A stretch of 63,883 nucleotides of DNA, the filler included, from Octopus bimaculoides (lineage: Eukaryota), in the NCBI RefSeq assembly GCF_001194135.2. It is 9 parts of 9 records of this genome, joined end to end, with 100 filler letters (N's around TTAATTAATTAA, not from the genome) between each part and the next. Parts side by side here need not be neighbours in the genome. Positions count along the whole stretch, not along the records: positions 1 to 28,762 come from NC_068982.1; 8 more parts are not named here. One strand, given 5' to 3'. The notes beneath the pieces were generated by a model. It was given only the letters and a program-made list of their open reading frames with translations. It was not told where the DNA came from and did no database searches. A program made the translations under genes and the position numbers. Positions within the stretch are counted from its first letter, which is position 1. Each line of letters begins with the position of its first letter. This document shows positions 1 to 12,904 of this stretch, piece after piece.

Positions 1-1794
1 CATGTTATGTTTCCCTCGGGTGACTCGTAGAGATAACATAACGAGTTATACAGTTTATGTTTTACATTTATTGTTCAATTACATACAAAGAACGCACTCA
101 CCCAATGTTCGTTATGAATAAACAAAAGTCATGTCCGCCATATATATATCAAAGACATTTTACTACGACAGTCCCACAAGACAACAACAATGAAACAATG
201 AACTCAGACGAACCACATGACACACGGAACGTCAGACGAATTACATATCTAACAGTCCATATAACACTACATATTCTAGAAAATGAATAAAATACTAAAT
301 TAACATTACGTTGAATGTAAGAGATCCACCCAAAATGAATACTGCACATACAATAAGCTCTCTGAGGTGTGTATCTGGTGGAGCAGTATGAACACTAAAA
401 TATAGAAAATCTGGTGGTAAATGAAAACACACCTGTCTTTCAAAACTAAAAAGAAGAAAAAAAAGGCGTTAGTAGCCATAAGAGCTGGCTTTGTGACTGA
501 AAATATGAAATAATCGTCATAGTAATATTCATTTAATATTGGTTATCTAATACCCTATCAGCATTCGATCATCAAATGGAATAAAAACATCACATAGCCA
601 CTATTTTAAAGAGCATTATAACGGGAAATAAACATGGAATTTTAGGGAGTTGGTTGGGTTCTACAGCTAACATCACTTGATTAGAACGTAGTATGCCTTC
701 ATCTATAACGCCAGTAAATTCATTTCGTCTCCCTAGTCAGAAACAATCAATATTAATAACGAAAACAAAAGGAAACATCTAGTATTTCTCATATGCTTGC
801 GTCTAAATTAAATTTATTTCCAATTGCTTGCTCTTCTAAGGTAAAATTACTCTATCTCTCCATTAATTAACTTTTCTGTTTGCTTTCTTCATTCAAAATC
901 TACAGTTGTGTTCTCTCTTAAATAATTTCAAAAGCTTATTGGTATAGGAATCTGTCTGTTTCCATTTTGTACGTGTGAGTTTGTATATTTGTGTCTGCAA
1001 GAAAACACTTACTTCTGTATGCTAATATAAATTTACATCATTATGGCTGTCTATTGCGTCTATTGTGTCTATTGTATTAATGTATATGTATGCGTGATAC
1101 ACATATTTCACGAGTATGAAAATACACGAACTATACAAACAAACATACATGACGAAATATGTATATAAAATTAAATAAGTTTTTCGCATATATTCATATG
1201 TAGTGTACACACATACACAAGCATAAAAACAAGTGCATATCTACATAAGCATGTCCATAAGAGTATTTTCCGTGTCCGTCGTTGCAATAGCTGTATCAAA
1301 ACATATATTAGCGTTCTTCATATGCAGATTTGTTCTCCATCATACCGGTAGTAGTAAAGTAAAATCCGTCATGAATATTTACATATGTCTGAGTAAATGT
1401 TTCTAATAGTATATTGGTATCTTCATCTTACGTTAAAAAATATTAGAACGTCATTTCAACAATTTCTCATATATACACGGAAAATATAATTGAAATATTG
1501 CTATTTTCTGTGTTGCACAACTTACACAAGTTCCTATCAGTTTCTCTTTCAGTCTATATTATAAATGCTTTATTTTATCAAATTAATTTCAATTATGATA
1601 ATCGACATTTTTAGTATGACATTGCTCAAGTTCGTTTTTCTATTGTTTTTGTCATTAACCTGTCCTTGGAGTGTTTCTTCTTTTCTAAGCGCCAGCTGTA
1701 TCCTTATCATTTTTACATCACCGGAAAATCTTCGTTATTCTACGTCGGATTTATCAATACTCTGATGAAGAGCACCGTTGTTATTTAAAGTAGG

Positions 1795-1957
1795 TCACTC
1801 CTCTTCAACCGATTTTGCTGTTTTCGGTTGTTGTCGACTTCTGTTCCTTTTTCTTGGCGTATTGCTCGTTCTAAATTTTGTTTCCACTGAAAGTTTGGAT
1901 ACTTTCCTCAACAAATTCTCTTCATCGTCACAAGAGTATACTCCAGTGCTACATGTT
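1795..1957 (-). CDS. Candidate terminal coding exon of an unidentified gene
   Basis: Minus strand cactaac-gtttag acceptor, then an open hydrophilic frame TCSTGVYSCDDEENLLRKVSKLSVETKFRTSNTPRKRNRSRQQPKTAKSVEEE-TGA. AATAAA about 225 nt downstream. No recognisable homology. Confidence 0.25.
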
Positions 1958-2165
1958 CTAAACGTTAGTGGGTGTAATGTCTACTTTTTTATATCTAGAG
2001 CTGCACAGCATATGATTACATTTATTTTATCAAAGCTGTGATTGATGATGCTCTGCAAGCTGGAGATTACCCTTCGGCTGGTTTCCACTGCATCTTTATC
2101 ATTTCTTCTCTACTTCCTTCACTTTTTCAAGATGTTGAAATTGCTCTCACTATGATATACGAAGT

Positions 2166-2527
2166 GGAGGCGCAATGGCCCAGTGGTTAGGGTAGCGGAC
2201 TCGCGGTCATAGGATCGCGGTTTCGATTACCAGACCGGGCGCTGTGAGTGTTTGTTGAGGCTCCGGCAGGGGATGGTGGCGAACCCTGCTGTACTCTTTC
2301 ACCACAACTTTCTCTCACTCTTACTTCCTGTTTCTGTTGTGCCTGTAATTCAAAGGGTCAGCCTTGTTACACTGTGTGACGCTGAATATCCCCGAGAACT
2401 ACGTTAAGGATACACGTGTATAAGGAGTACTCATCCACTTGCACGTTAATTTCATGAGCAGGCTGTTCCGTTAATCGAATCAACTGGAACCCTCGACGTC
2501 GTAAGCGACGGAATGTCAACAACAACA
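2166..2527 (+). mobile_element. tRNA-derived SINE, full length
   Basis: Head GGAGGCGCAATGGCCCAGTGGTTAGGG (A box) and GGTTTCGATTACC (B-box-like), non-tRNA body, short (AAC)n tail. Confidence 0.85.
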
Positions 2528-2719
2528 TGATATGCGAAATAACATAGTCTTTTACAAAACACCTTCAATTGCGCTTTCTCTTCGCCCGCCACTGGGCTGG
2601 TCTAGTATTGTGGCATTCGGGTTCATTAAGATTTTCAAAAACATTTTGACGGTCTTCAGCCTTTATTTAAGAGTATTGATACACACACTTGAAGTGCGAT
2701 ACAAAAGTAAAGGGAAGCC

Positions 2720-3065
2720 ACGCATCTACAAAATTTGCATTGTCAACAACCTTTTCCCTGCTCCAGTTATCCGTTTCTCTGCCGTAAAAATCGGTATGTA
2801 ATTGTCTACCGTATTGATTTTTTCGATGTTTTTCAAGCACAGCACAGTCCTACTCAATGTCAACCACTGTGGTATTACTTGGTCTGCATTTAACAAGGTG
2901 TTGAGTTTCGCAGCTATTCGCGCATGACATTCACCAAATCTTTTGATCAAGTAGCCTTGAACACCATCTGGTCTCGGGGCCTTGCAGTTGCTCATTTCTT
3001 TCCTCTGATTTCCTTTATTTCCCTAACTAAAATGACTAGTTCGGCCTGTTTTGGGCAGACTACTG
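2720..3065 (-). mobile_element. R4/Dong-like non-LTR retrotransposon RT fragment
   Basis: CKAPRPDGVQGYLIKRF...WLTLSRTVLCLKNIEKINTVDNYIPI matches the KAPGPDG...W...G.T......K.....NYRPI start of LINE RT domains. Confidence 0.85.
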
Positions 3066-3071
3066 TTTGTT

Positions 3072-3280
<209 letters not shown>

Positions 3281-3625
3281 TCAGTAGTCTTACGTTTATC
3301 ACGTGCTGTCACTGCACTCCCGAGCGTAGCTCTGTGTGCCTTGGGTATGTGCTGTAGTGTATTGAATGGGTTTTACGTAGGGTGTGTGCGATGCCTAGTA
3401 GTGCTATTTTCTGTATGTTATATATACTTGTTAGTTCTGGTGTTTTGTTATGCATTTGTTTGAATATTTTTTTATCATACTTAATGCACCTACTTTGTTA
3501 AGAATTGTTTCTGTTTCTAGACTCCACATTCGAGTTACCTCTATTTCCAGATCCTTGTATTTTGAAAGTTTCTCCGTTTATTTTAGTGTAACATTGTCAC
3601 GTGTTGGTATTGATACACTGACATT
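3281..3625 (-). mobile_element. R4/Dong-like LINE 3' end (REL endonuclease C-terminus plus 3' UTR)
   Basis: VSIPTRDNVTLK*TEKLSKYKDLEIEVTRMWSLETETI...VGALSMIKK, followed by an (AAT)n tail. Confidence 0.8.
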
Positions 3626-3629
3626 GTTG

Positions 3630-3708
<79 letters not shown>

Positions 3709-5809
3709 CATTTGACTTCAAGGAATAGAACAATAAAGGAGTTACGTCGTGCAATCAAGAGACAGGGCAAAATTAAAATCATAATTATCGCTGCCCCATT
3801 GCAACTCCATAGCAAAATCTGTACCTAGGCTCCAATTACACTCATGCATCCATCGCAAACAGATGCAGTTTCCATTGCTCATTTGTTTTTAAAAGTTGTT
3901 CTCTCTTTTTTCACTTTTAAAACCTCTCCTTCTATCATTCATTCGTGGAAATCGACAGGAGAGGCCATCATTATTATTATGGCAGAATCTTTAGCACGTC
4001 GAACGAAATGCTTTGGGCGCGATAAAAAAAAAAATTACTGCATAAGCATCGGTGTTAATGCAACTGATTATCCTCCTCTCCTTAAATTTCAGCCCATGTG
4101 CTAAAAGAAAGGACGGTTATTATTATCAAGTATTATCTAGCAGAGAAAATGTAATTACTCCGCATAAACACGAGGCCTGTCATTTCTAGACATAATTATA
4201 TTTTGTGTGTTTCTATTTATATTCAAATTAAAATAGTTTTTCCTCACAATCTCCACAAAAAGAAGGGGGAAGGTGAAAATGTTCACAATTACACGTAGGA
4301 AATTGATACCAAATTTAATTTACTTGAAAACCCACGCATTGTACGCGAAACTATATTTTAACTTTTAAAATTGAAACTGCCGGCAATTTTAACGGTACTG
4401 TTAAAAAGAATAACATCAACGGTACACTCATGCAAGTAATGACGCCTTATTTGATAAACAAAATTGATTTGTTGAACGGCACACAAGGGACGCTCCACAA
4501 TTAGTTCTATAGTCTTTCAGCCTGAGTGAGAAAATGAGGGTGCAAGAAGACAAAGCTATACTTACTAAAGTAACTAATATGGCCTCAACCTCAGGAATTA
4601 TCGGAAAAGAACGTCTTAATCACAATGATAGAGCAGACCTATCTGAGCCAATAGCGTTTATTCAGTGGTTCTGCAACGAGGAGGGAATAAATCGTAAAAA
4701 GGGTTCGACAAGTTTTGAAGAGAGTATAATGCATAAAAGTAAAAGAAAAACAAAACAGAAACAGTAATCACACAAAAGGCATGCTGAAAAATCAATATAC
4801 ACAAAAGGATGCGAATACAATTTAAGGTAAATACTCATAAAATCACCTTGTATGCCACGGTTGGTCGAAAATACAGTTAATTTTGCCTGAGATTAAAGAA
4901 AATATTCGAAGTAAGATGACGATTTTCAGCTACTTGCAAAAATATGACAACAATTTTCTGAAGATTCTCAGATTGAAGTGTACGGTGAAAAAATATACCG
5001 ATAATCTTTCATCACCTCGAATGCACCTGCACAGCGATAATGGAATCCTAGAATATCATAAAATGACTCGGTCATATTTATATGTATTATAGGGAGTGGC
5101 TTTTAAACTAATTATGCATTTGATCCCCATACTTACTTCTTCGTTGATATAATACATCAGTTCAATATATATTTTATATACATTACTTTAATTATTTTGA
5201 GCAATTAAAATAAAAACTCTGATATATAACGTATTTGCCTCAATAATTTTAAAGTATAGCTTGTACGTGCTGTTGTAGGCCACCGAGGAGACATTTTCTG
5301 TAATTCCTGCGTCAAAGAAAGAATGTTCCATTGTTCAGTTTATCTATCTTCAGTTACTACAAAGGGATGTTGCATTGACTGCAGCATTTACAAATATGAG
5401 AAATTTGTGTTGACTTTTGTCAAACACGTAATTCCACCAGACGTTTTCTTTACGGATCTGTGATACTGGACTCAGTCATAAGAAAATTCGCAGGCACGTT
5501 ATCTGGAATGTTGGCAGATGCGCAAAATCCTCCAGTCTCCCGGGCATTGCCTTAACTGGAAAATCTTAATAGGTGTCTTATTGATACCACTTTATAGGGA
5601 AAAAGAAAGGTATACTTGGACAAACTGCAGGCGTCTATGATGATCATTTGACTAGTTTCATCCTTATAACATCCTTTCGGGTCTTACTCAAGAAGTATGT
5701 TAGTTTAAGCGGCATTTTCACTTCGTGATAAATTCTACAAATACACAAAGCTACGGAAACGTTTCAAATATACTCCGTCTCCAAATATTACTACCACTAC
5801 AAAATTACA

Positions 5810-5857
5810 ACTTCTACAACAATAACAACAACAACAACAGCAACAACAACAACAACA

Positions 5858-5925
<68 letters not shown>
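5810..5925. repeat. Compound microsatellite (ACA)n-(TAC)n
   Basis: Directly visible. Confidence 0.9.
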
Positions 5926-5927
<2 letters not shown>

Positions 5928-6600
5928 GTTTCTGTTATTCAGTGTTCTATTGTTACCCTGGTATTGGATTTGTGGTAACAAGCTTGCAAAATTACTTCCA
6001 AGAATGATTTGCCAATAATACTTGCAAAGCTTTCCCTAAGACCAGGGAAATTATTCCGATATTCAGTATTTTGAACCATCTAATCAGAATTCATGCAGCT
6101 GCCCCTAAGAATCCTATCCCAATTGTGATATGATAATTCTACTGCAATTCCAGATTCTCTGAATTTCGTAGTTTAGTTTCTGTTTTCTCAAGTGCTTTGC
6201 ATACATGAATAAAATGGTCATGCTACATCATTTATCCAATATAACCATTCCTCTTTGTTGAGTACGAAAATGACTGAACGTGACCTTTCTCTTTTCGTAT
6301 CCTTTAAAGTTTTTAGATCTCATCTTAAATTTACATCATCCTTTTCATTGACGGATTCTCTTTTATTTTACCAGATGTTCTATCCCATACATCTTACATG
6401 CTTACCAATATACAATTGTAACTAGTTTGCCATGTCTGTTGCTCAATATACAAACTCTGAGCAACTAATTTACCTTTAGGAACTGTATGAACAAATGTCT
6501 ACAGCATCTACATGAGACCGAGATGTTTTCCTTATCAATCTACTACCCGGTGTATCACTTTTTCGGTTGCATTATATTTCTAGCAATCTCCAAATGAGGT
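5926..6600 (-). mobile_element. Decayed R4/Dong-like LINE 3' part (zinc knuckle to REL region)
   Basis: Minus-strand remnants CRCCRHL...RHGKLVTIVYW*ACKMYGIEH and IGIGFLGAA, resembling C..C...H...C, RHD.V...HW..C..YG and VIIGALG motifs. Multiple stops. Confidence 0.6.
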
Positions 6601-7059
6601 TGTCATAATAATTCTATATGAGATTTTGTATTGCTAATTATAAATACAGTAATTATATATATCGTTTTACTGGCTCATCTTGCTACGTCAATTGATGTAC
6701 AATTATGGATATCAATATCAATATATATCTTATCCTTGTGTTGTATATAGAATGCAGAGAGTTATTATTCTTGCAATCAACTCTGCTTTAATATTAATCT
6801 GAGGCATATACACATACATACAAACAAACATACATACATACATACATACATGCATACATACATACATACATACGCGCATATATACATACATGCTAACACA
6901 CACAGGCACACACACATGCACGCACACACGAACACGCATGAACTCTATAATTTAATTTGCATGTGTATAATCCATACAGTACGTTAACTTCAACCTCATA
7001 TGAGTGTGTGTGTGTGTGTGTGCGTGTGCGTGCGTGCGTGTATGTATATGTTTGTGTGT

Positions 7060-7265
7060 CTGCGTTTGCCCCCCCCCCACATTGCTTGACAACGAATGCT
7101 GGTGTTTTTCTACGTCCCCGTCATCTAGCGGTTCGGCAAGAGAGGCCGATAGAATAAGTACCAGGCTTACAAAGAATAAGTCCTGGGTTCGATTTACTCG
7201 AAAAAGGTGGTACTCCAGCATGGCCGCAGTCAAATGACTGAAACAAATATCGGAATAAAAGAATA
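7060..7265 (+). mobile_element. SINE 3' half (family also at 24266, 28940, 57188)
   Basis: Shared text GTGTTT..ACGTCCCCGT..CTTAGCGGTTCGGC...GAATAAGTAC..GGCTTACAAAGAATAAGTCC...GCTCCAGCATGGCCGCAGTCAAATGACTGAAAC. Confidence 0.8.
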
Positions 7266-7270
7266 AAAGA

Positions 7271-7307
<37 letters not shown>

Positions 7308-8290
7308 CGTGTGTGTGTGTGTGTATGTATATGTACGTATGTATGTATGTATGTATATCTGTGATTGTTGAAATTCTTCCTTAGGTGCCATAGTATTTAA
7401 AACTCGTTACAATTTTTTTTTAACGCTTCTGCCTGCAAGTTTTTCAGTTGTTTTATCTCTATAACACACAGATTTTGAGGGTATTTTTGTAATGAACTGC
7501 TTTCCTGTACTGTTGATAATTTGCAATAATTTGATAATGTTTCTCCATATTTGCTAAGTTGTTTCAATGATGTTACAAAAGTGATTCAGTTTAGAAGATA
7601 TATATCACAAGCTATAAATACAGCACTATGGTGCATAGCTGCTGAACTATTTTATATTGCTATTTTAATTTGGCACTATACAGTGAGGTCCTTTCCAATA
7701 ATGCTTATCCGCATGGTTGAGTCATTTATCTGAAACAAAAAATGAATTGTTTTTGTTTTTTCATAATTTTACAGCAGCGTTCAGTTATTCATTAATATGT
7801 AGAGAATATGCATAATTTTTTTAATTAATACAACTAAAATATTTAACAGATTAAAGGACTTCTAGGCACTATTCACTACTTCATTTCTCAGGCAGAAATA
7901 ATGTTAATTACGATTGAATATAGAGCAAATAAGGAACGTGTTATAATGTTAATGTTAAAATTCTCAACAAAACTGGCTTTAATTATGTGGAGGAAGCTCT
8001 TGAGAATATTCTAAAGCATATTTCAGTTAATCAAGTTTTGTAGTGAATTTAAAACAGAACATGTTGAGCTTTGAAGTAGTGTTTTTGAAAACCAAAACCT
8101 ACTTATTCACATATTATTTTACGTGACAATCATTTCCGTTTCTTTTGCCAACGCTTACACGTTGTCAACATTTTATTAAATTTCTTTTGATGATTTTGTT
8201 GCGAAATCTTTCCTCAAGCTTCGAACACCACGCGTGATAAGAAAAATCATTACGGCAATGAAATCATCATCATCAACTTCATCATCATCA

Positions 8291-8321
<31 letters not shown>

Positions 8322-9379
8322 CGTCGTAGCATAGTTTCACTTAATTTCTGCAAGCTTTGCTGTTTTCTGTGTTTGTAATCTCATGAGATATTTGACATGT
8401 AATAGTAATTCTTATTTTTTTCTGTAGACCTTACCGAAAGCGTTTATTATAATTGTGATTGACTCTTTTTTTTAACTCCGACGGTTTGATTATCTCTATT
8501 CGAAGGACATTATATGTTTGTCCCATTATCACTTGCTGGAAGTAATATTTCAGTTACGAAACAGTTGTATTCGCGATTACCTTCGATTACACTATCTTAC
8601 AGATTATCCTTCAACAAAATGTGATGATTGCTAAACCAGGTCTATGGTCGCTACGTCATTTTCGTAAAACCGTTCTTCCTTTATATTTATACCAAATATT
8701 TTAACGTAGTATTTGATAGTACTGACATAATTTCCTGTGTTTGAGAGCCCTAGAATTGCCATGCCTGAAGATGGTTTGTTTCTTGTTTATGTTTGAAAAA
8801 TTGTGCTTAACTTTTCTTCCCCAGAATTCATGGTATCTCCAATAATATAAAATATCCTACTTCATTGGATGCATTTCATGTTTTAGGAAGGGTGACTTAG
8901 GTCCCTATTGTACAATAAACAATTTCTCATTGAGTTTGAGTACCATGCTTCTTAGTGACAAATGCTTATATTTGTTTGTATTATGCTTATAGAGAATGTG
9001 CCAGCGCTTTTGTAGGCATTACTTTGCTACTGTATTGTGCAGGTATGTCATCACACCCGATCTGTGAATTTGTAATTTTCCTTGAGATAGAATACATCGT
9101 TTTCTTTCGTACATGTTTTGTAGATTTCTCCACTTAGCTGATACCTTAGAAAAGATTTCTAGTTCTATTCTTCCTATAGATCTCTGTATTCACAATAAAT
9201 GTTGTCATTCTATGCCGTATATTGTGCAAAGTAATAGTCACTATATTTTGATTTGGTTGTCAGCTTTTGTAATATTATCAAGTTGAGAATGTAAAGCATA
9301 TAAATTATTACTGGAATAATATTATTATTGCGAATAAAGGATGTCTTACAAGTGAAGACCACACCCACTGAGTGTCCGT

Positions 9380-9965
9380 CAGGAAACTCTGCAGATCACT
9401 CAGCCTTGGGGCATATATGCGCATCAATAGCCATATTCATGCTAAGCCGCTTTTACTGAGCATGGACACCGGATCTAACATTTGTTCAACGGAACGCTTG
9501 ACTTCCACAGGAAACGGAAGATATACCGCAGCCATCTAGAGATACGAGTACTAGGTAAAGTTATGAAGATTAAATGACATTAATTTGCAGGTCATATAGG
9601 CATTCACAGACTCAACCTTTCAGGGCTACCATTATTTCATCTCTTTTCTGTGTCAGGCGGGCAATCTCTTTCCAACATCAGTGTGTCTCTCTAGAAGTCT
9701 AGACCAAAACACGCATGGAGCAATTTATAACCGTCTATCCATCGATCTGCGACGCTGTTTGACTCTAGAGATGTGACTTTCTATTTGCCACATTTCAGAC
9801 CCAACAATTTGTCCTGAGTTATCTTTGCACCTACAATTGCCGCGTATTTCTTCAAAAGTTTGCCGATTGTCTCTATTTCTGCATTGTCTAACACCATTAC
9901 GGTGACCTCTGCTTCCTTGCAGCCCACCACGAAAAGTATAACTCTGAAAACTTCTATCTTTCACA
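9380..9965 (-). mobile_element. Decayed L1/Tx1-like LINE ORF2 fragment (RT C-terminal part)
   Basis: Across stops and frameshifts: EVTVMVLDNAEIETIGKLLKKYAAIVGAKITQDKLLGL (cf. YADDVTV...GAKIN..KS.GL), SNSVADRWIDG, LTQK...LKG and FRFLWKSSVPL. Confidence 0.75.
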
Positions 9966-11694
9966 GCAATGACTAGAAACTCGACCTGATACGAAATGCC
10001 GAGAGATGATCTTTCTCTCCGAACTAAGACCATAATAGTTAACTCCTTCAAGCAGTACTTGTGCATATTGACAAACAAATGGGGAGCATTATGGTGTATC
10101 ATCATGAACGTCGTCGTAGTCATTGTCATTGCCGCCCACGTCGTCGTATCCGGCCACGTTGTCGTCGTCGCCGCCCGTCTTTATCACCGTCAACTTCAAG
10201 AAACCCAACAACAGCAAGAACAATGATACTGATGCACTATACTATGTTACATCTATATGCAATACAGGAAGGAAGCTCATGGCAATCAAACAACTTCGAA
10301 GAGGAAGAAAATCGATTACGTGGATGTGCGACATACTGCATCAGACATGGTAACAACGTTTCATTGTTGTATTATACGTTTGCCTTTATGATTTCAATAT
10401 TAATTGCTCTGGCCCTTATATTTGATTCAATCTCCTTTATGTTGGTATAGATTTTTGGGGCCCTCATATATATCTGAAGATATGTCCATTTCATTCAGAT
10501 ACATGGTCTCTTCTCTCATGATTCAAAACTTTCCTTTGAAAATTCTTTTTCTGCTTAGCCTACAGCAGTACGTATCAATAGTTTAATACGATGAGTTGTA
10601 GTCAATATACTACTCTGCAATATTAGTTATGGTGTGTATTTTTAATGGTTCATTCGATTATCAATAATATCAATATCGTCACGAGCCAACTAGTTAGCAT
10701 CAAAGCTCTGAACTAATTAGCATTTAAGCTCTCAGTTGGCAGATGTAACTGCAAATGTTTCCATGTGTCATATCCCATTGTTGTAAATTAAAAAATAATA
10801 CCAAGGGAAGAGGGATCCCTGAAATACCAAAAGACAGCATTGTCAAGAATGCATATGTTTTGATTATATTTTCCCTGTATCAACTTTGATCAGGTGCTGA
10901 ATATCAATAATAACATTGCGTTAATTATTATAACTTATTTACAAAGATGCCAAAAGAACATCGCCAAGACAACTTGTCTTTCAGCAATTATGCACAAAAC
11001 GCATGGTCTATTCTATTGAATATAATTGTACATACTTATTTACGAAAACTACATATATGATATCATTTCCGATTGTTCTTACTATTAGTATTCACAAGTA
11101 CGGGATTTTACGATTTATGCGACCTCAATAGAATTGGGCATACAACCGTAAATTGTAGCAGTGAATCAAGTTATCTTTTGCAGGTCTCTAAACTAAGGGA
11201 CGTCATGATCGAAATATATGAAATGAGCTAAAAGTGATCTATAAATTTATGCATTAAAATTCAAATTGAAAGTATTTTTAAAAAATAGAATTTTCAAGTC
11301 AGTAATTTTTGTAATGTTGTTGCTAAGAAAGAATCCATAAGGCAGCTTTCAATGCTCTTTCCGTATATGCATATCACTGCATATTCAGAGCGTTTCTCAT
11401 TCATTATTTAGAAGCTTTTGCTTCGATGTCATGTTATGGGCTTAAATGAAATCCTCATAGATATTTTCTTTTTACTCCTCATTTTTCATTTTGTTTTTCT
11501 TTTTTTCCCCCCTTTCTCTCATAAGGTTAGGCCGCAAAAAAGTTCTCTCAGCCTGGACTATTATTAACACATTCATACTACATTGCTTCTCTCTTTCTAT
11601 CTTTCTACCTTTATCTCTATTTCCTTTCTGTAAAAATCTCTTTTGACTTTATAATTTCCATCAGATGAAAAGAACCATTCCAAAATAGATATTG

Positions 11695-11905
11695 GTTTCA
11701 AATCTTCGCACAAGGCCAATAATTTCGGGGGAAGGAATAAGTTGATCACATCGACCCCAGTGCTTAACTGGTTCTTATTTTATCGATCCCCGAAAGGATA
11801 AAAAGCAAAATCGGTCTTTCGGAATACAACCGCAGAATGTAGAGACGGATGAAATTCTGCTAAGCATTTTTCCAGGTGTGCAAACATTTATGTCAACTCA
11901 GTACC
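11695..11905 (-). mobile_element. SINE (family with GTCGACTTTGCCTTTCATCCTTTCGGGGTCGAT core), decayed
   Basis: Reverse complement matches the copies at 29819, 33283, 33903 and 52096. Confidence 0.75.
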
Positions 11906-12505
11906 TTTTCGTCAAAATAAATATTGTTAAATCTAACTATCCAAGAAGCCTTTAAGCTGGTGCTCGATTTGTTAAAATAATAGCCAAATGTTCCTCAAAA
12001 AACACATTTATACAAGTGAAAAAAACCGAAAAACATAGACATAAGTATTGTCACATTAAAGCCGCCGTCTCCATAGAGCTGTCCGGTAAGAGATAAATTA
12101 TGTAACATTTCAAGTACTACATAAGCCGAGTCATTTCAAAACTTAGTGAATTAGACGTTACACCAACGAGAATAGTGTAAGTATCGACCTAACGGGCCAG
12201 TAGCCAGATACCATATCAGCTAAATCTACTGCTCTTATTATTGAAGTAAAACGCTAGAAATCATTATCACTGTTCTTCCTGCCTTTTCGTTTGTTGATTT
12301 TATAATTTACATTGTGTTTGCTGTTATCGTATTCTCGTTTATCTTGTTCTTCTAGCAGCTACGCTTGTTACAGTTGTTATTCATGATATCGTCATTGTCC
12401 AAATAGCTTGATTTATTCATTTTCATCTCTTTGTTGTTTTGTGCTACATTCATCTTCGTTCCCATTGTGCCTATTATTAGTAGTAATAATTACGTCAACA
12501 CTTTA

Positions 12506-12588
<83 letters not shown>

Positions 12589-12848
12589 GTTATTATTGTT
12601 AGTGTCGTGGCTGTTGTTTTTACAATTATTAATATTATCGTTGTTGTTATACTGCTGCTATTGTCATTCAATTTGCCCGGTATATTTTATTTTTCATTTA
12701 TTTAGAGCTTTTCGTAATTGGATTTACTGTATAAGCTTCTGTTATCAAGTTTTCCAGTAAATGCGTTTACTTTAATCAACTTGATTAAATTCTCAGCATA
12801 TTCACTGTAACAGATTTATCTCCAGCCATTTCTACATTTAAACATTGT

Positions 12849-12904
<56 letters not shown>

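Noticed and set aside
2166-2240. tRNA-like A and B boxes here and at other SINE heads
   Set aside because: They continue into SINE bodies and lack a proper cloverleaf; not called as tRNA genes.
4883-5130. KENIRSKM...NFLKIL, resembling a Tc1/mariner transposase C-terminus
   Set aside because: Too short, and no matching TIR pair was found.
5330-5570. Minus frame LEDFAHLPTFQ...IRKENVWWNYVF, vaguely Crypton/DUF3504-like
   Set aside because: Similarity limited to a few residues, with an internal stop.
8825-9042. Two small plus-strand AG/GT-bounded segments (IHGISNNIKYPTSLDAFHVLGR; 50-nt piece ending CAG|gtatgt)
   Set aside because: Good splice-like signals, but too short and with no homology to separate from chance.
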